Both the position numbers and the translations under genes were made by a program. The notes under the pieces were generated by a model. It worked only from the letters and a program-made list of their open reading frames with translations, searched no databases and had not been told where the DNA came from. This document shows positions 1-11,429 of a DNA stretch of 36,595 nucleotides, one piece after another. Every line of letters begins with the position of its first letter. Positions within the stretch are counted from its first letter, which is position 1. The stretch comes from Basidioascus undulatus. Taxonomy: Eukaryota. The DNA is taken from positions 1 through 36,595 of the forward strand of contig JTLS01000126.1 of the NCBI GenBank assembly GCA_000826855.1. The letters are read 5' to 3'.

Positions 1-1
1 C

Positions 2-373
2 TTCCCCACGCCCCCCTCCGCCACCGCACGCAAAGCGCTCCCGAACCCCACCCCGCTCTCGCGCATGTCGAGCGTAGCAAGTAGCACCGGCCCAACGCCC
101 TCCACGCCGACGTCGTCGTTCCGCGGCTCTGGGACGGGTTCGCGCGCCCGCCGCGACTCGTTCGGCTCCGCGACGAGCAGCCCGTCCGTCAGCGACGCAG
201 GCTCGGTGCGCCGCCCGCGCTCGGGGAGCCTTGCTGAGCAAGAGACGGCCAGCAGTGCTGCCCGCAAGCGCGAGGCGCTCGAGAAAAGGGAGGCGTCTAG
301 GAGGCAGAGCTTGCACCGCTCTGCTGGTGGTCTGGCTACGCCGCAGAAAGGCGTCAGGCCGGGGTGGAAGTAG
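2..373 (+). CDS. 3' end of a gene entering from the left; low-complexity Ser/Arg/Pro-rich C-terminus, product unknown
   Basis: Frame is open from position 2 (FPTPPSATARKALPNPTPLSRMSSV...) to TAG at 371-373, with strong GC3 codon bias like the intact genes here. Confidence 0.6.
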   Translation, partial: FPTPPSATARKALPNPTPLSRMSSVASSTGPTPSTPTSSFRGSGTGSRARRDSFGSATSSPSVSDAGSVRRPRSGSLAEQETASSAARKREALEKREASRRQSLHRSAGGLATPQKGVRPGWK

Positions 374-1953
374 GTGGTTTGGAGATTGTGCACGCTCGGT
401 CTTGATTCGTTTTTGGGATTTGCGCTGGCTGCTTACTCGGTTCATCGTCATCTTACACATCCCCATCATACCCTACCATACATTACGCTCGACAACCGCA
501 CCATCCATCGCACGCTTACACAAAACCCCACATACCATACACGGCTCGTTACCCTCTCATATCTCCACTTCCATCAGGTCTTCTGCATGCCCCTTTTCCT
601 ACTTTTCCGGCCATCATAGTTCTTCTTACCCTTTTAGTTCGTCGGACTTGCACTGGCACGATATCCACTCGCCTTCGCTTAGCTGGTCTACACATTTGAA
701 TACGTTCGCTTCCTTGCTTGCAATGCGGTTTTCCGTCTTGTGCATGCGCCACCCAAGAAAGCACAAGGGCAGAACAGTCGCCAAACACTCATGTGAGGCG
801 GCGCCGTGTTGAACACCCAGCATGAAGGTGCTCATGAGACGCCCGTCAACAGACTTCTTGGGCCCTCGGCGTTGTGCCCTTTTTTTTAAAAAAAATACAT
901 CAACCTAGGGTACCCTCAGGCCATGAGAGATTAGAATCGCGGTTCAGGTGTAGGTAGCGCTATCCGATCTATCGTGCGGCAGTTCATCGCCAGCCGAGCA
1001 AGGAATATTCTGGACTCATGCTGGATGCGAAGGAGTTGGAGCAGGAGATAATCTTGACGGAGTTTGGTAAAAGCAAGCTGAGGGTTCAGATGTGGGGTCT
1101 GCCTAACCACAACAGCCGAGGCAGCGCGGCCTCAGGAGCTCAGCTGCAGGCAAGCGCACGATGCTGAACTCCGTACATTATCGTAGAGGATTACACTTCG
1201 GCGTATTTTAGGAGTATTGGAACGGCACACTCTTCAGACATAATCTGACCAATATGTCCTGTTGTTGGAACGTGACAGTAACGCACACCAAGCCCCTTCC
1301 GCGTCCGCCAGACTGCTTGCCCACCCACCACCACCATCCTCCCTAGTCGCACCCGTCTATTCTGAACCCTCGAAAATACGAACGCCATCTTTCTGCATAA
1401 TCTGACCAATGTCTCTATACTTTCTCTGGCAAATACTGAGTGCTCTGCTGGCTCCTGCCGGGGCGCAATTGGAAGCGCCAAAGACGAGGTGTGTTTGCGG
1501 GGTTGCTTTGTCGCTCTCGTTTGGCAAGAGAAGGAGTCGTGCGATTATAACTGATGCTGGCTGCCTTTCTCTTAAGGGGACACCTCTGGCTTGCTGTCTC
1601 GATCCCGGTTCTGTGCCGCCGTCGGCCTCGGATCTCGAACCTCTACATTAGTAGCGTCTGCTCCAGCGTCGGGCTGGGATACTACCTTGTCGGACGCAGA
1701 ATTCTTCGTGGGCGAGACGTTCAGGCGTTCTTCCATCTTCGATCAGAGATCAACACTCTCATATCAAGCTTGCGGGCGACCTCGACCTCGTCAGCGACAA
1801 CGTTGACTTGCAGCTGACAGAGACGACAGCTCAATTGGAGCGTATCCAGGGCTTCAAATGGGCAGGCCACCATGTCACTGAGCCTCTCATACTATCCGAG
1901 AACACCGCGGATGTACTGGCCCATGTGGCCTACACGCTCCGCTTGGCTATCGA

Positions 1954-2829
1954 TCAACTCCTCTCCTTCTTAGGATTAGAGCCACTTCCTCGGACGCCAT
2001 CGCAATGATGGATTCGGCCCTTCCGTTCGCGATAAAAAAAATTGAGCTTGTGGAGTCTTTCCGCACAGTTTACGTGGAATGCGCTGGCATTAAGGCGACT
2101 TTCGACGACGCCTTCGAGCAAGTCGTTATACCGCTCGCGAATATCGGGTTCAGAAGCGCCGCCTTCGATACTCTGCGTATCGTTGTCCACAGGCTTGAAG
2201 GACTGACCGTTATTAAGCTGGATGATCTGGTACCGACTTCAGCGAGGGGCGGGATGGTGCGGTCGATGAGGATGGACAGTGTGGGAGGATGCGAGGCCCG
2301 GACAAGGAGGAGGTCGAGGAGTTCGAGATCCCTGCGGAGGGTGGGGATCGAGATATCCCCGCTTGTCGAGAGAGGGAGGAGATCCGACTTTGGAGACTCC
2401 TCGAGGATGAGTAACCTTATGATCGAGAATTGAGAAGCAAGGTCCTGTAACCGCGCATCGAGGGTCGCGCGCACGCGGTTCAAGTCTGAGCGGGCGTTGT
2501 ACAGAAAGATTTCGAGCTCGAAGTAGATGGTCCGAGAGCTGCTGTTTGCGGGACATGCTCCCCCGAGCGCGTTCGGGGTGGGGGAGGTGAGGACGTGGGC
2601 TAGGACGCAGAGGAGACGAGGGAGAGGAGGAGCTGGGTGTTCTGTTGATGGAGAGAGGCGGAGATAGGAAGAGAGGAATAGGGGTCGGGCTACGTAGAGG
2701 GCGGCATTGGGAGGGTATGGAGGAGGCGGGGCGTCAGGTCCCTAGCAGACGGGCGAGGAACGCAGGACGTGAGCCACGAGGAGGGAATCTGGGCAAGGAA
2801 GACGTACGTCACCAGCAGCATACTCGTCG
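1954..2829 (-). CDS. Hypothetical spliced protein, divergent from the ZNF830-like gene; ends uncertain
   Basis: Small exon 2829-2808 (DEYAAGD), GTACGT donor at 2807 and TAG acceptor at 2744-2742 join in phase to a long open frame (GPDAPPPPYPPNAALYVARPLFL...IYFELEIFLYNARSDLNRVRATLD...). A possible further intron near 2237-2196 leads to the 2190-1954 frame. No start codon or family identified. Confidence 0.4.
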
Positions 2830-3207
2830 CTGGGATATATGTCAGAGTCATGGAAAAGATATGGGGCACGGTTTGTGAACATGCAGCTGCAGAGAAGCGG
2901 GCGGGCTCGAAGCGGTTGATTTGAGTAGATGGAGGGAGAATGTTATGAGCTGTCGCGGACAGCAACTCGACGAAGACGTTGACGTTCTCCTGTTTCCTTA
3001 GGACCTGAGGTCACATTCCCGAGAGAAACCAAAACTTAAACTAAAAAGCTCGATTGAGAGAACAATTTGTTTTCTTTGGCAACCAGCGCGACCCCCTCAG
3101 CCCCACTCCGCGTCTGGGAGTCTCCCAGCAACCCTCAACGCTTCCTCCTCCCACCATCCCCCCACCTGCCCACCTTGTCATCTTCCCCCTCTCATAACCC
3201 CCCCGCG

Positions 3208-3981
3208 ATGGACGCCCGCGCCCTCCTCCGGCAGCGCAAAGCCGAGCGCGCCGCCACCTCCAAGCCCAAGCCCACCAAGATCGCCGGGCCCCCCCCTCCT
3301 GCGCCCTCCGCCGTGTCCACGAGCCGGAAGCGCCCCGCGGACGACGCCGCGGGGAACAGCAAGCGCGCGAAGCTGGCGGCGGAGATGGCCGCTGCATCCA
3401 GGCTGGGCGCGCTCCCCGCTGACTTCTTCGCGAACCCCGCGGACGCACCGCCGCCGCGCTCGCCCAGCCCCGAGCCTGCACCCGCTGCTGCGCCTGCACC
3501 AGCCGCGGCTCCTCCTGCACCCGCACCCGCACCCGCGAAGGCGTCCACCAAGTCGCTGGAGGACGAGCTGGCTCTGTTTGACGCGGAGCTCGCGTCCCTT
3601 CCCGCGCCCGAACCTGCGCCCACCAAGCCCTCCGCCTCATCCATCTTCTCCTCCGCGACCATCTCCGCCGCGCCCGTCCTCTCGGCCTCCTACACGGAGG
3701 GGATTCCCTCCGAGATACTGGAGGCGCAAGCAGGGTCCCTCGCGCGCGAGGAGGCCGCGCGCGCGGCGCGCGCGGCGGAGGAGGAGCGCATGCGGGCTGA
3801 GGAGCTTGAGGAGAAGGGAAGGCAGAGGGAAAGGGAGCGCGAGAAGGAGGATAGGGAGGAGCTGATGGAACGGTGGGAGGAGGAGGTAAGGGCGCAGGAG
3901 GAGGCGGATGGGAGGGTCGAGCGGCTGAGGAGGAGGATGGAGGAGGTGCGGAGAATGAGGGAGGAGAGGAAGAAGAAGTAG
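3208..3981 (+). CDS. ZNF830/CCDC16-like nuclear coiled-coil protein (257 aa, intronless), zinc finger absent
   Basis: N-terminal MDARALLRQRK, internal LPADFF motif and C-terminal coiled coil EDREELMERWEEEVRAQEEADGRVERLRRRMEEVRR resemble fungal ZNF830-family proteins (recalled). Strong codon bias. Confidence 0.65.
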   Translation: MDARALLRQRKAERAATSKPKPTKIAGPPPPAPSAVSTSRKRPADDAAGNSKRAKLAAEMAAASRLGALPADFFANPADAPPPRSPSPEPAPAAAPAPAAAPPAPAPAPAKASTKSLEDELALFDAELASLPAPEPAPTKPSASSIFSSATISAAPVLSASYTEGIPSEILEAQAGSLAREEAARAARAAEEERMRAEELEEKGRQREREREKEDREELMERWEEEVRAQEEADGRVERLRRRMEEVRRMREERKKK

Positions 3982-4023
3982 GAGCTGCGATGGAGATGGA
4001 GACCTGGCACGCTCGCGAGTCGG

Positions 4024-4344
4024 TTGGCAGTGTCAGCTTATGTTGTCGGCTCCCCAAACAGCCAGGATCTCTTCGTCCCCCGCTACCTCCGAGAATCCTG
4101 TCCGTCCTCTTTTTCCCCTTCCCCCTCCTTTCACCTCCTCCCTCTCCCCCTGTTCCCATCTTCCCCAACTCACCCTACACCCTATGAGAAAGACTCAGTC
4201 TCTCCCCCATCCACCATCACCACCTCCTCCTCGAGCTCGACCTCGGGTCGCACGACGCCTGCGCCCTCGGCCGAGGGTGTCGCGGAGGTGCACGTTGCCG
4301 AGATCCGGATTGGGGAGGCGGAGAGGAGGGGGTACCTGCCTTGA
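4024..4344 (+). pseudogene. Orphan coding-like 3' fragment directly behind the ZNF830-like stop
   Basis: Open frame ending ...SAEGVAEVHVAEIRIGEAERRGYLP* with coding-like codons over ~4200-4344; no ATG and no room for a promoter. Confidence 0.25.
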
Positions 4345-5009
4345 TGTGGGAGATGTTTGAGACGTGTCTAGGAACGAGGGGGCAGAAGAGAGGAAAGCGA
4401 TGGGAGAAAGACAGGGTAGACTGGGCTGCTTGGTTTGGAGACGTTCAGGCGGAGTTTTTTTTTCGCTATGCTGTATCTTGATAGTGTTTTTGCTTGGTTG
4501 ATATACAGTTACTCCACTACCTTTTCGTCAGGTGCACACGGATCAAGCCGCAGCCCCCGTTGCAGGTTGCACGCTCACTTGCGAGTCACACGCCATGCGG
4601 TCCTAGCCTGCCCATTCGGCGGCTTTTTGAACCTTTGAGAGGCATTCATCCATGATCAATTTATTTTACGTGTTACGTAGTTATATTTAACAACAAGACA
4701 GGACGTGCTGTTATCCACCACACCGCCGTGCAGGTGGCGGTCCGACTCGCCTGCGCTGCATTGTTTTGCGGTGAGCACCACAGTCCCCCACAACCATGTC
4801 ATCTCTTTGGGGCCTCATATGCAGGTAAGACTAAAGTGACAATAACCTCCAAATCTGTAGTGGTCGGGCGTGAGCAAACTACCCAGCTATCGACCGCCAA
4901 CGCGAACAGAAGCACTACCGAGCGAAGTGTAAAATGCCCAAACTTCCAGAGGTTGCACGATCGCCTTCGACGACAGTCAATGCGGGTTCCTGGAAATCTA
5001 CGCCCGCTC

Positions 5010-5915
5010 ATGATGACCTTCAATCTTTACGCCTCCGCTTATGGTATGTCTTTTTGATTGAGAATCCGACTCAGGAGCGGACCTCCTTGCGCTCTTCCCG
5101 CTCCACGCATCTCTCTCCCAACGCTACCGATCGAAAGGCTTTCCAGGATGACCCATCGCGGTTCACTGTCCGTCTCCACGTCCAACGAGTCTCTGACCGC
5201 AGATTCCCATTCACAGACATACATCTTGGATGTCAACCTTGCCGTTGGCATCTACGCGTTCTTCCTATATCCCTGTATAGGTCCGTGGTGCCGACCCCGA
5301 CAACGCTCTTTCTCGTCGTGTCTAAACATTCCATGGAACAGCAGATTCAACCGTCTTCGCTCGCTCAACCCTCTTTCCATATCTCGTGCTGGCGCCTTCC
5401 GAATCTACATGACCTACCTCACCTTACTCGGGCACTGTCACTTTCCTCAATGAGCCCTGACCTAGCCTGCGCAGGCTAAAGCATCCATATGTACCCTACA
5501 AGCACTTCACATCATTCTCTTGCAGCTAATTCGACTTGCCCACGCGACAGATCTCGCCGGCTGCGGTCTTGCGTACACAGTTTCGCGCTCTGAGGGAACC
5601 CGCTTCATGAGCTGCAGACTGAACTTTTGCTGAAGCAAGACTTTGCCAACGTTTCCGTATTGTACCGCTTCCCGATCTTCATACGTCGCGTTCGGCTGGC
5701 AGGCGCGCAGTCCGAGCTGGTCGTTCGCCTACGGCAGATCACGGATCTGCAGCGCATACAGGTATGTCACTTCGGTGGGTGCTTCGCAAGATTACGAACA
5801 TGAATTGATCTCTGTTCGAGAACAGGCAGTAGCTAGTGCGATCTTCTCAATCTGCGGCATTGTGCTGGCGGTATGCCTGCCGTTGCTGCTGCCGGAGTCG
5901 CGACGCGTGCGGTGA
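5010..5915 (+). CDS. Possible small multi-exon membrane protein or relic
   Basis: Hydrophobic segments (YILDVNLAVGIYAFFLYPCI; AVASAIFSICGIVLAVCLPLLL) separated by GTATGT/GTCCGT donor-like and CAG acceptor-like sites; no clean model built. Confidence 0.25.
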
Positions 5916-6390
5916 CCGTTTTCCGACAGGCAGACGGCCTGAAGCCCCGACCGACATTGAACGCGAACGAAATTTTGTTTTGTGGGGCGCTTTGAATCAA
6001 CGAGCCTGCTGATAACTGGCTATAGTCTTACGTACACGCAGAAGTGCTCGCCATCGCCGGGTTGCTCTGTGCTATATTAACGTGAGTAACCTAATGGCCG
6101 CCTACATCGGGTGCATCCGTCATCGAACTTCTCAATAGCATCATCATCTTCTACCCTTCCGACCCGCACTCCCAAATGGGCTTCATCTCCGGCATCCCTT
6201 CGGATAGGCGTACCACCTCCACGTCCTCCACCCAGTCGTGGCTGCGCACGTCAAGATAATGGCGCTGGGGTGGAGACTACGAGCTGGGGAGGCCAGCCGG
6301 GCCGCGCGGTGCAGGAGAACCAGGTGCGTTAATCGGAACGAGAACTGTCGGGGGGCAGGTCAAGCTGACGGTTAGATTTGGGACTGGCAG

Positions 6391-6662
6391 AGCTGCATTC
6401 TGAAATACAGAACTATCGATCTCCACTGGACTTCGAGGTGGGCTGGGACGAAAAGTGACGCACGCAGTTGCCGTACTTCGCTGCTTGGACGTCTGATCCT
6501 GATCACCATTCGCAGATCATCGGGTCCAAAATCGCCGACCTATTGGAGGGTAGTCTCTCTAACGACCTTGCGGACGCCTGGCGCTGGCGCCCCGAGAAGC
6601 GTCGCGCGATCGGAGGGGCCGCGGCAGGACTTGGCTCACATGCCTGGCTGGAGGAGCGATGA
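6391..6662 (+). pseudogene. Relic of the C-terminus of an FAD-dependent oxidoreductase (sarcosine oxidase / fructosyl-amino-acid oxidase-like)
   Basis: IIGSKIADLLEGSLSNDLADAWRWRPE resembles the family C-terminus (..IG..v.d.leG.L......WrWRPe). Preceded by intron-like segments; no GxGxxG N-terminus upstream. Confidence 0.35.
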
Positions 6663-6900
6663 GTGATGCGCCTAGATGTCATCTGCACGGATATTCTTCT
6701 GGTCATGCTAGATTTCAATTCTGGGTTGACACGTATGAAAGGACGTTGCATGTCAAGATTGGCGGACAGCAGCGATCAGTAGGAGCGAAAGGACACGCAG
6801 AAACTTTCTGTAAGACAACTACGCTGTTTTCGGGTACTGAAGGGGATTTCCGAGTCCAAGATGAGCAGACTTTCGTCAATCGTATTGTTGTGAACAAGCC

Positions 6901-6920
6901 AAAAAAAAAAAAAAAAAAAA
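6901..6920 (+). repeat. Poly(dA) tract (A20) upstream of OLA1, possible nucleosome-excluding promoter element
   Basis: 20 consecutive A, about 240 nt before the OLA1 ATG, followed by a pyrimidine-rich leader. Confidence 0.7.
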
Positions 6921-7159
6921 GGGAAGGAGGAAGGCAGCGCTGGCAACCTTCGGGTTAGGTCCGCCCAGGCGAGCTTTTTTCGAAGAGCAGCCTTCCTCCT
7001 CTCTTCTCCCCAACCCCATCTTCTCCCTAGACTTTCACGCTGGCTCTCCGCCTGCCCTTCCGCATCCACGCTTGTGTGGCAACCAGTCCGAGCACCCTCG
7101 CTTTCGCTTTCACCGTCCGGCCGTTCCACACCTCCCCCACCCCCCTCGCCAAAAAGAAG

Positions 7160-9097
7160 ATGCCTCCCAAGAAGGCTGCGGAGCCCGAGAAGAAGCTGCG
7201 CCTTGGTCGGCCCGGCAACAACCTGGTATGTCTTGAGACCTTGCGCATTCTATGACGGAGACTGGGCTGACGAGCTCGTTCTTCTCTCTTGCAGAAAATG
7301 GGCATTGTAGGTGGGTTGCAGCAGTCTCAGTCGAGCTGCTTGACTGATGAAGGCTTACGCCGGACCCGCAGGCCTGCCCAACGTCGGCAAGTCTTCGCTC
7401 TTCAACATCTTGACCAAGTGTGATCTTGGCAAGGCCGCCAACTTTGTACGTTTTCCTCCATGGTAGATCGGAGACGGGTCGTTGAGAATTGTTTCTGTCG
7501 CAGCCCTACGCCACCATCGACCCCGAAGAGTCCCGCGTCATTGTCCCCGATCCCCGTTTCGACTGGCTGGCCGACCTCTACCAGCCCTCCAACCGCGTCC
7601 CTGCTTTCCTCACCTGCATCGATATCGCCGGTTTGACCGCAGGCGCGTCCACTGGCGCGGGTCTCGGTAACGCCTTCTTGTCGCATGTGCGCGCTGTCGA
7701 CGGTATCTTCCAAGTCGTTCGTACGTCTCTTCTTCCATTTGTCTGTGCATATGGACGCAGGCTGAGCGACGGTGGCGGTGCAGGTGCGTTCGACGACGCG
7801 GAGGTCATTCACGTCGAGGGCGACGTCAATCCCGTCCGCGACATGGAGATCATCCAGACGGAGCTGCGGTTGAAGGACATCGAGTGGCTCGAGAAGCAGA
7901 TCGAGACGTCCAAGAAGGTCGCCCGCTCCGCCAACGCCACCACCCTCGCTGGCAAGGCCAAGCAGGAGGAGCTGGTCAGTCGCTCTGACTGGGGCAAGTC
8001 CACGGCGGTCTGCTGACGACGTCTTTTTGTGAACAGCTGACGCAACAGAAGGCGTTGGAGATCCTGGTGGGCAAGCCGGAGGAGGGCGTGCCCGGGAAGG
8101 ATGTGCGCAAGCACGACTGGAATGCGAAGGAGGTGAGTCAGCGTCTTCGGTTACTGGTATGGTCATTCCGCATGGCCGGCCGTGCACCGCATGGTGGGAG
8201 TAGCGCTCCCTTTCCTTAGAGGATGACAAAGAGCGTAAAGCTCGACTTTAACCCAGCTCGTCGAAAAAGACCGGAGTAACGCCCAGGTCTATGAGATTAT
8301 AATCTGTCTGATTCCATTATTCGCCCTTCGCGATCGATCGGCTTCCGTCGCAGCAATGCCCTGCTGTCCAGTGCACACGATGCTGACACGTCGTCTACGT
8401 GTGAACAGGTCGAGGTCATCAACCAGCTCAACCTCCTGAGCTCCAAGCCCATCCTGTACCTCGTCAACCTGTCCGAGCGTGACTACGCGCGTAAGAAGAA
8501 CAAGTGGCTGCCGAAGATCAAGGCGTGGATCGACGAGAACAACCCGGGCGACCTCCTCATCCCGTTCTCGGTCGCGCTCGAGGAGCGCCTGTCCCAGCTC
8601 GACGAGGCCGAGCAGGCCGATGCGCTCAAGGCGCTCGGCGAGGAGCACAAGACCACCGTCGCGCCCTGCCTTGGCAAGATCACCAAGGCCGGCTACGACG
8701 CGCTCAACCTCCAGCGATACTTCACCTGCGGTCCCCAGGAGGTCCGCGCGTGGACCATCCAGGCGGGCACCAAGGCGCCCCAGGCCGCCGGTGTCATCCA
8801 CTCCGACTTCGAAAAGAAGTTGTGCGTTGTTTCTTTACCTGCCTTTCTGGTCCGCCTCGCGCTCACGGTCATGGGTGGCATCTACAGCGTCTGCGGTGAC
8901 ATTATGGCCTTCGAGGACCTGAAGGAGCTGGGCAACGAGTCCGCCGTCAAGGCGGCGGGCAAGCTGAGGCAGCAGGGCAAGCCTTACGTGATGAAGGGTG
9001 CGTCCATCTTCGCCTCCTACCGCCCTGCGGTCCAGTAGCTGACGACCTCGCTGGGTATACAGACGGCGACATCGCTCACTGGAAGGCGGGAGCATAA
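7160..9097 (+). CDS. OLA1: Obg-like ATPase 1 (OLA1/YchF), multi-exon
   Basis: Spliced product [35 protein letters not shown] (G1)...NF-PYATIDP (G2)...DIAGL (G3)...[15 protein letters not shown]...YLVNLSE (G4)...[14 protein letters not shown]...[15 protein letters not shown] (TGS-like)...[10 protein letters not shown]. Canonical GT-AG introns, including a 16-nt exon (7295-7310) and a 276-nt intron (8133-8408). Confidence 0.96.
8220..8311 (+). ncRNA. Intronic box C/D snoRNA, snR69-like (predicted guide for LSU rRNA C equivalent to yeast Cm2948)
   Basis: C box AGGATGA 8220-8226; antisense element AACCCAGCTC(G) 8250-8260 complementary to conserved LSU (U)GAGCUGGGUU; D'-like TCGA 8261-8264; C'-like CTATGA ~8289-8294; D box CTGA 8308-8311; lies in the only long OLA1 intron. 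Confidence 0.75.
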
Positions 9098-9759
9098 TTC
9101 TGTTGCATTTGGCCCGCATACACTTGATACCAACCTATTTGCCTATGTGTGCGGGACATGACTGTCGTGCTCAATGTCTTGACGTGCGCTTGTAAGCGGT
9201 TCGAGCGTACGGTCGGTCGACGGCCAGGAGGACAGGTCGTCGGGCCCAACAGGGCAAGGCTGACGACTGCCATTGCCCGGTAAACACCCACGCCTTGTCG
9301 TGATGTCGAGTACACAATGCATGGAGTCAAGCTTGAGTCAAGCTTCGTCGTGGGTCTCATGCGTCCCGCACGAAGCGGAAGGGAAAACGCCATCATGCTG
9401 CAGCTCGGGTCGCGTCGCAGGACTTATCGCGAACCGCCGCATGGCTCAATGTCGCGATCCTACAACAGACTTTTCACCTGCACATCGCCCGGATGCCTTG
9501 AGGCCGCCTGCGGAAATCAAATATTTCTTTCTCCCCGTGTTGTATTAACGATCGGCCCTTGCCTCCAGCATGACCCCTGTTTCGAACCACGTTCCCGTTG
9601 TTCGCGCTGACTGCGCTGCCTGGTTCCCCTGTCCGCATGTTTCCCGGTAGCCGACTCCCTTCTTTTTCTTTGAAATATCTTGTTTCGGAAAGTAGTAGGT
9701 ACTCCTGTGACAGGGGGCAAGGTGAAGATCTTCGGAAGAGACCTGTTTCGTCGCCCGGG

Positions 9760-10700
9760 CCCGCCGCTGCGCTGCCTTGAGCTGCGCGATCATGAGACGT
9801 TTCCGTGGAAGGTTTGTCCGGCATGTTGCGACAACGCGAGCAGGTCTGATCGCGGGTACCCCTGTAGAATTGTTGATACAAGCTTCTTTGGAAGCAATTA
9901 GGGTGCATTGATCCAGTCGCAAGCCTGAGTGCGATGCTTTCTTGACGACAGTGCCGGCTCCCCGCCTTGAGTCGCGAAGGAGGTATAAAGTGTGCAGCGG
10001 CGGCGGTCCACTGCGCAAGCCAGTCTTTACGACATAATAAGCGAAAAATTGCCAACGTTTCTCGGTGGGTCGACAAGTTTCAGGACAATTGGAAACTGCA
10101 AATCGATTGGCTGGACGCACAAAGGGGACTGGGATGTCGGCCGTACTTCATCCGAGTCGACAGTGAGCAGCAATGCGGATTATCGAGGATGCCAGTTCCA
10201 CCTACAAAGGGACCTCAGTTCCACTTGTATCTGAGGTAAAGTGGTGCAAAATCCGATGAATAGGTTTACAGGGAAGATATGCCTTGCGCTGTAGGCGGGC
10301 TGGGATCGCGCGGACGGTGCTTGTTGCTTGGAGGAGGACATGGGTCGACTTCAGAACGATGTTATCAGGTCAAACTGCCCACTAACATGGTCATACAAAT
10401 ACATGATCCAAGGCCGTAACGGTTTGACATGCTCGATGACTAGCTGAGGAATCTTCGTCGCAGTGTGAAAAGTGAAGCGGTGGGCCTTCCCTGGAAACTT
10501 TTGGCGGCGGTGTTCGTGTATTTTTACAGGAAAGATGTGGAATACTGCCAAAATATTTGAAAATACCCGCTTATGATGCTTCTGCGGGGCTACATGCAAT
10601 CACAGCGCGGAAATGACTCCCGGGGGCGCAGCCACCGCCAAGTCGCCGAAAGGCCGTCTCCACAGCAATCCAACTCGGTGGAACTCGGCATCGCAAATGA
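9760..10700 (+). mobile_element. Possible highly degenerate hAT-family transposase relic
   Basis: In order but in different frames: CCDNAS (DNAS 9830-9841), VHCASQSL (~10006-10029) and NPTRWNS (TRWNS 10673-10687), reminiscent of hAT TTDNAS / CxAH / TRWNS motifs. Many stops; no TIRs seen. Confidence 0.25.
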
Positions 10701-11429
10701 AGCGGCCGCATTTTTACAAAGCCAATCTACAGATCATTTTGAAGGTGTTGGCTCGCAACTATGGGAATCATGCAATGAGACTTGCTGTTTCCGGCTGGTG
10801 CTGTGCGATTTCGATTCATAAGTAAGCGTGAGTTGGCTTGCCGATCGTTTGCCAGCCTTCTACAACCATATAATTACCTCTTTCGTCGTGTAGGCCACTG
10901 ACTAATGAACTGTCCCTAGCCGCTCCACTACAATCATTAAGCAATGTGAAAACAGCGTAGTAGCTGTGCATAGCATTCGACTAGCAGAAACGTCAGCGTG
11001 GATCGGTAGAATTGGACCACGCGGTAGACCGCCGGCTGGTGTCGGCGAAGCCAGTCCGTCAGACGGTCTTTTCCTTTACCGTTGCTCCGCAGACGCGGTG
11101 GAGTCGGGCAGCAAAGAGTACTTGTACCTTGCAGATCCGCACGCGACGCATGGAGGAATAAATAAACAAACGCGCGCGGGTGTGTGTTGTGTGTCGGTCC
11201 TTCTGCTCGTATTGTAGGACGACGGACCATATGTGCATGTTGGTTATGGACGAAGCTTGAAAAAAGTGTGCTTGAAAGCGACCGATCTGGACGGCAAGCA
11301 AGGCATGTGGCTGGGCTTGACTGGACTGGCAAGATGGGGCAGGCGGGACAGGCGTCGCGTCGCGGCGCGCCTGCTATTTCCTCACGTGTAGCCAAAAGTC
11401 ACAACAACGAGTACTATACTCGCTAGTAG

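Noticed and set aside
3041..4168. 375-aa minus-strand ORF and other overlapping ORFs
   Set aside because: Antisense shadows of the GC-rich, low-complexity ZNF830-like CDS.
6901..6920. Poly(A) as the tail of a retrocopy or LINE
   Set aside because: The upstream relic retains intron-like segments, and no target-site duplication or reverse-transcriptase motif is visible.
7402..8801. 275-aa and 170-aa minus-strand ORFs
   Set aside because: Shadows of the strongly codon-biased OLA1 exons.
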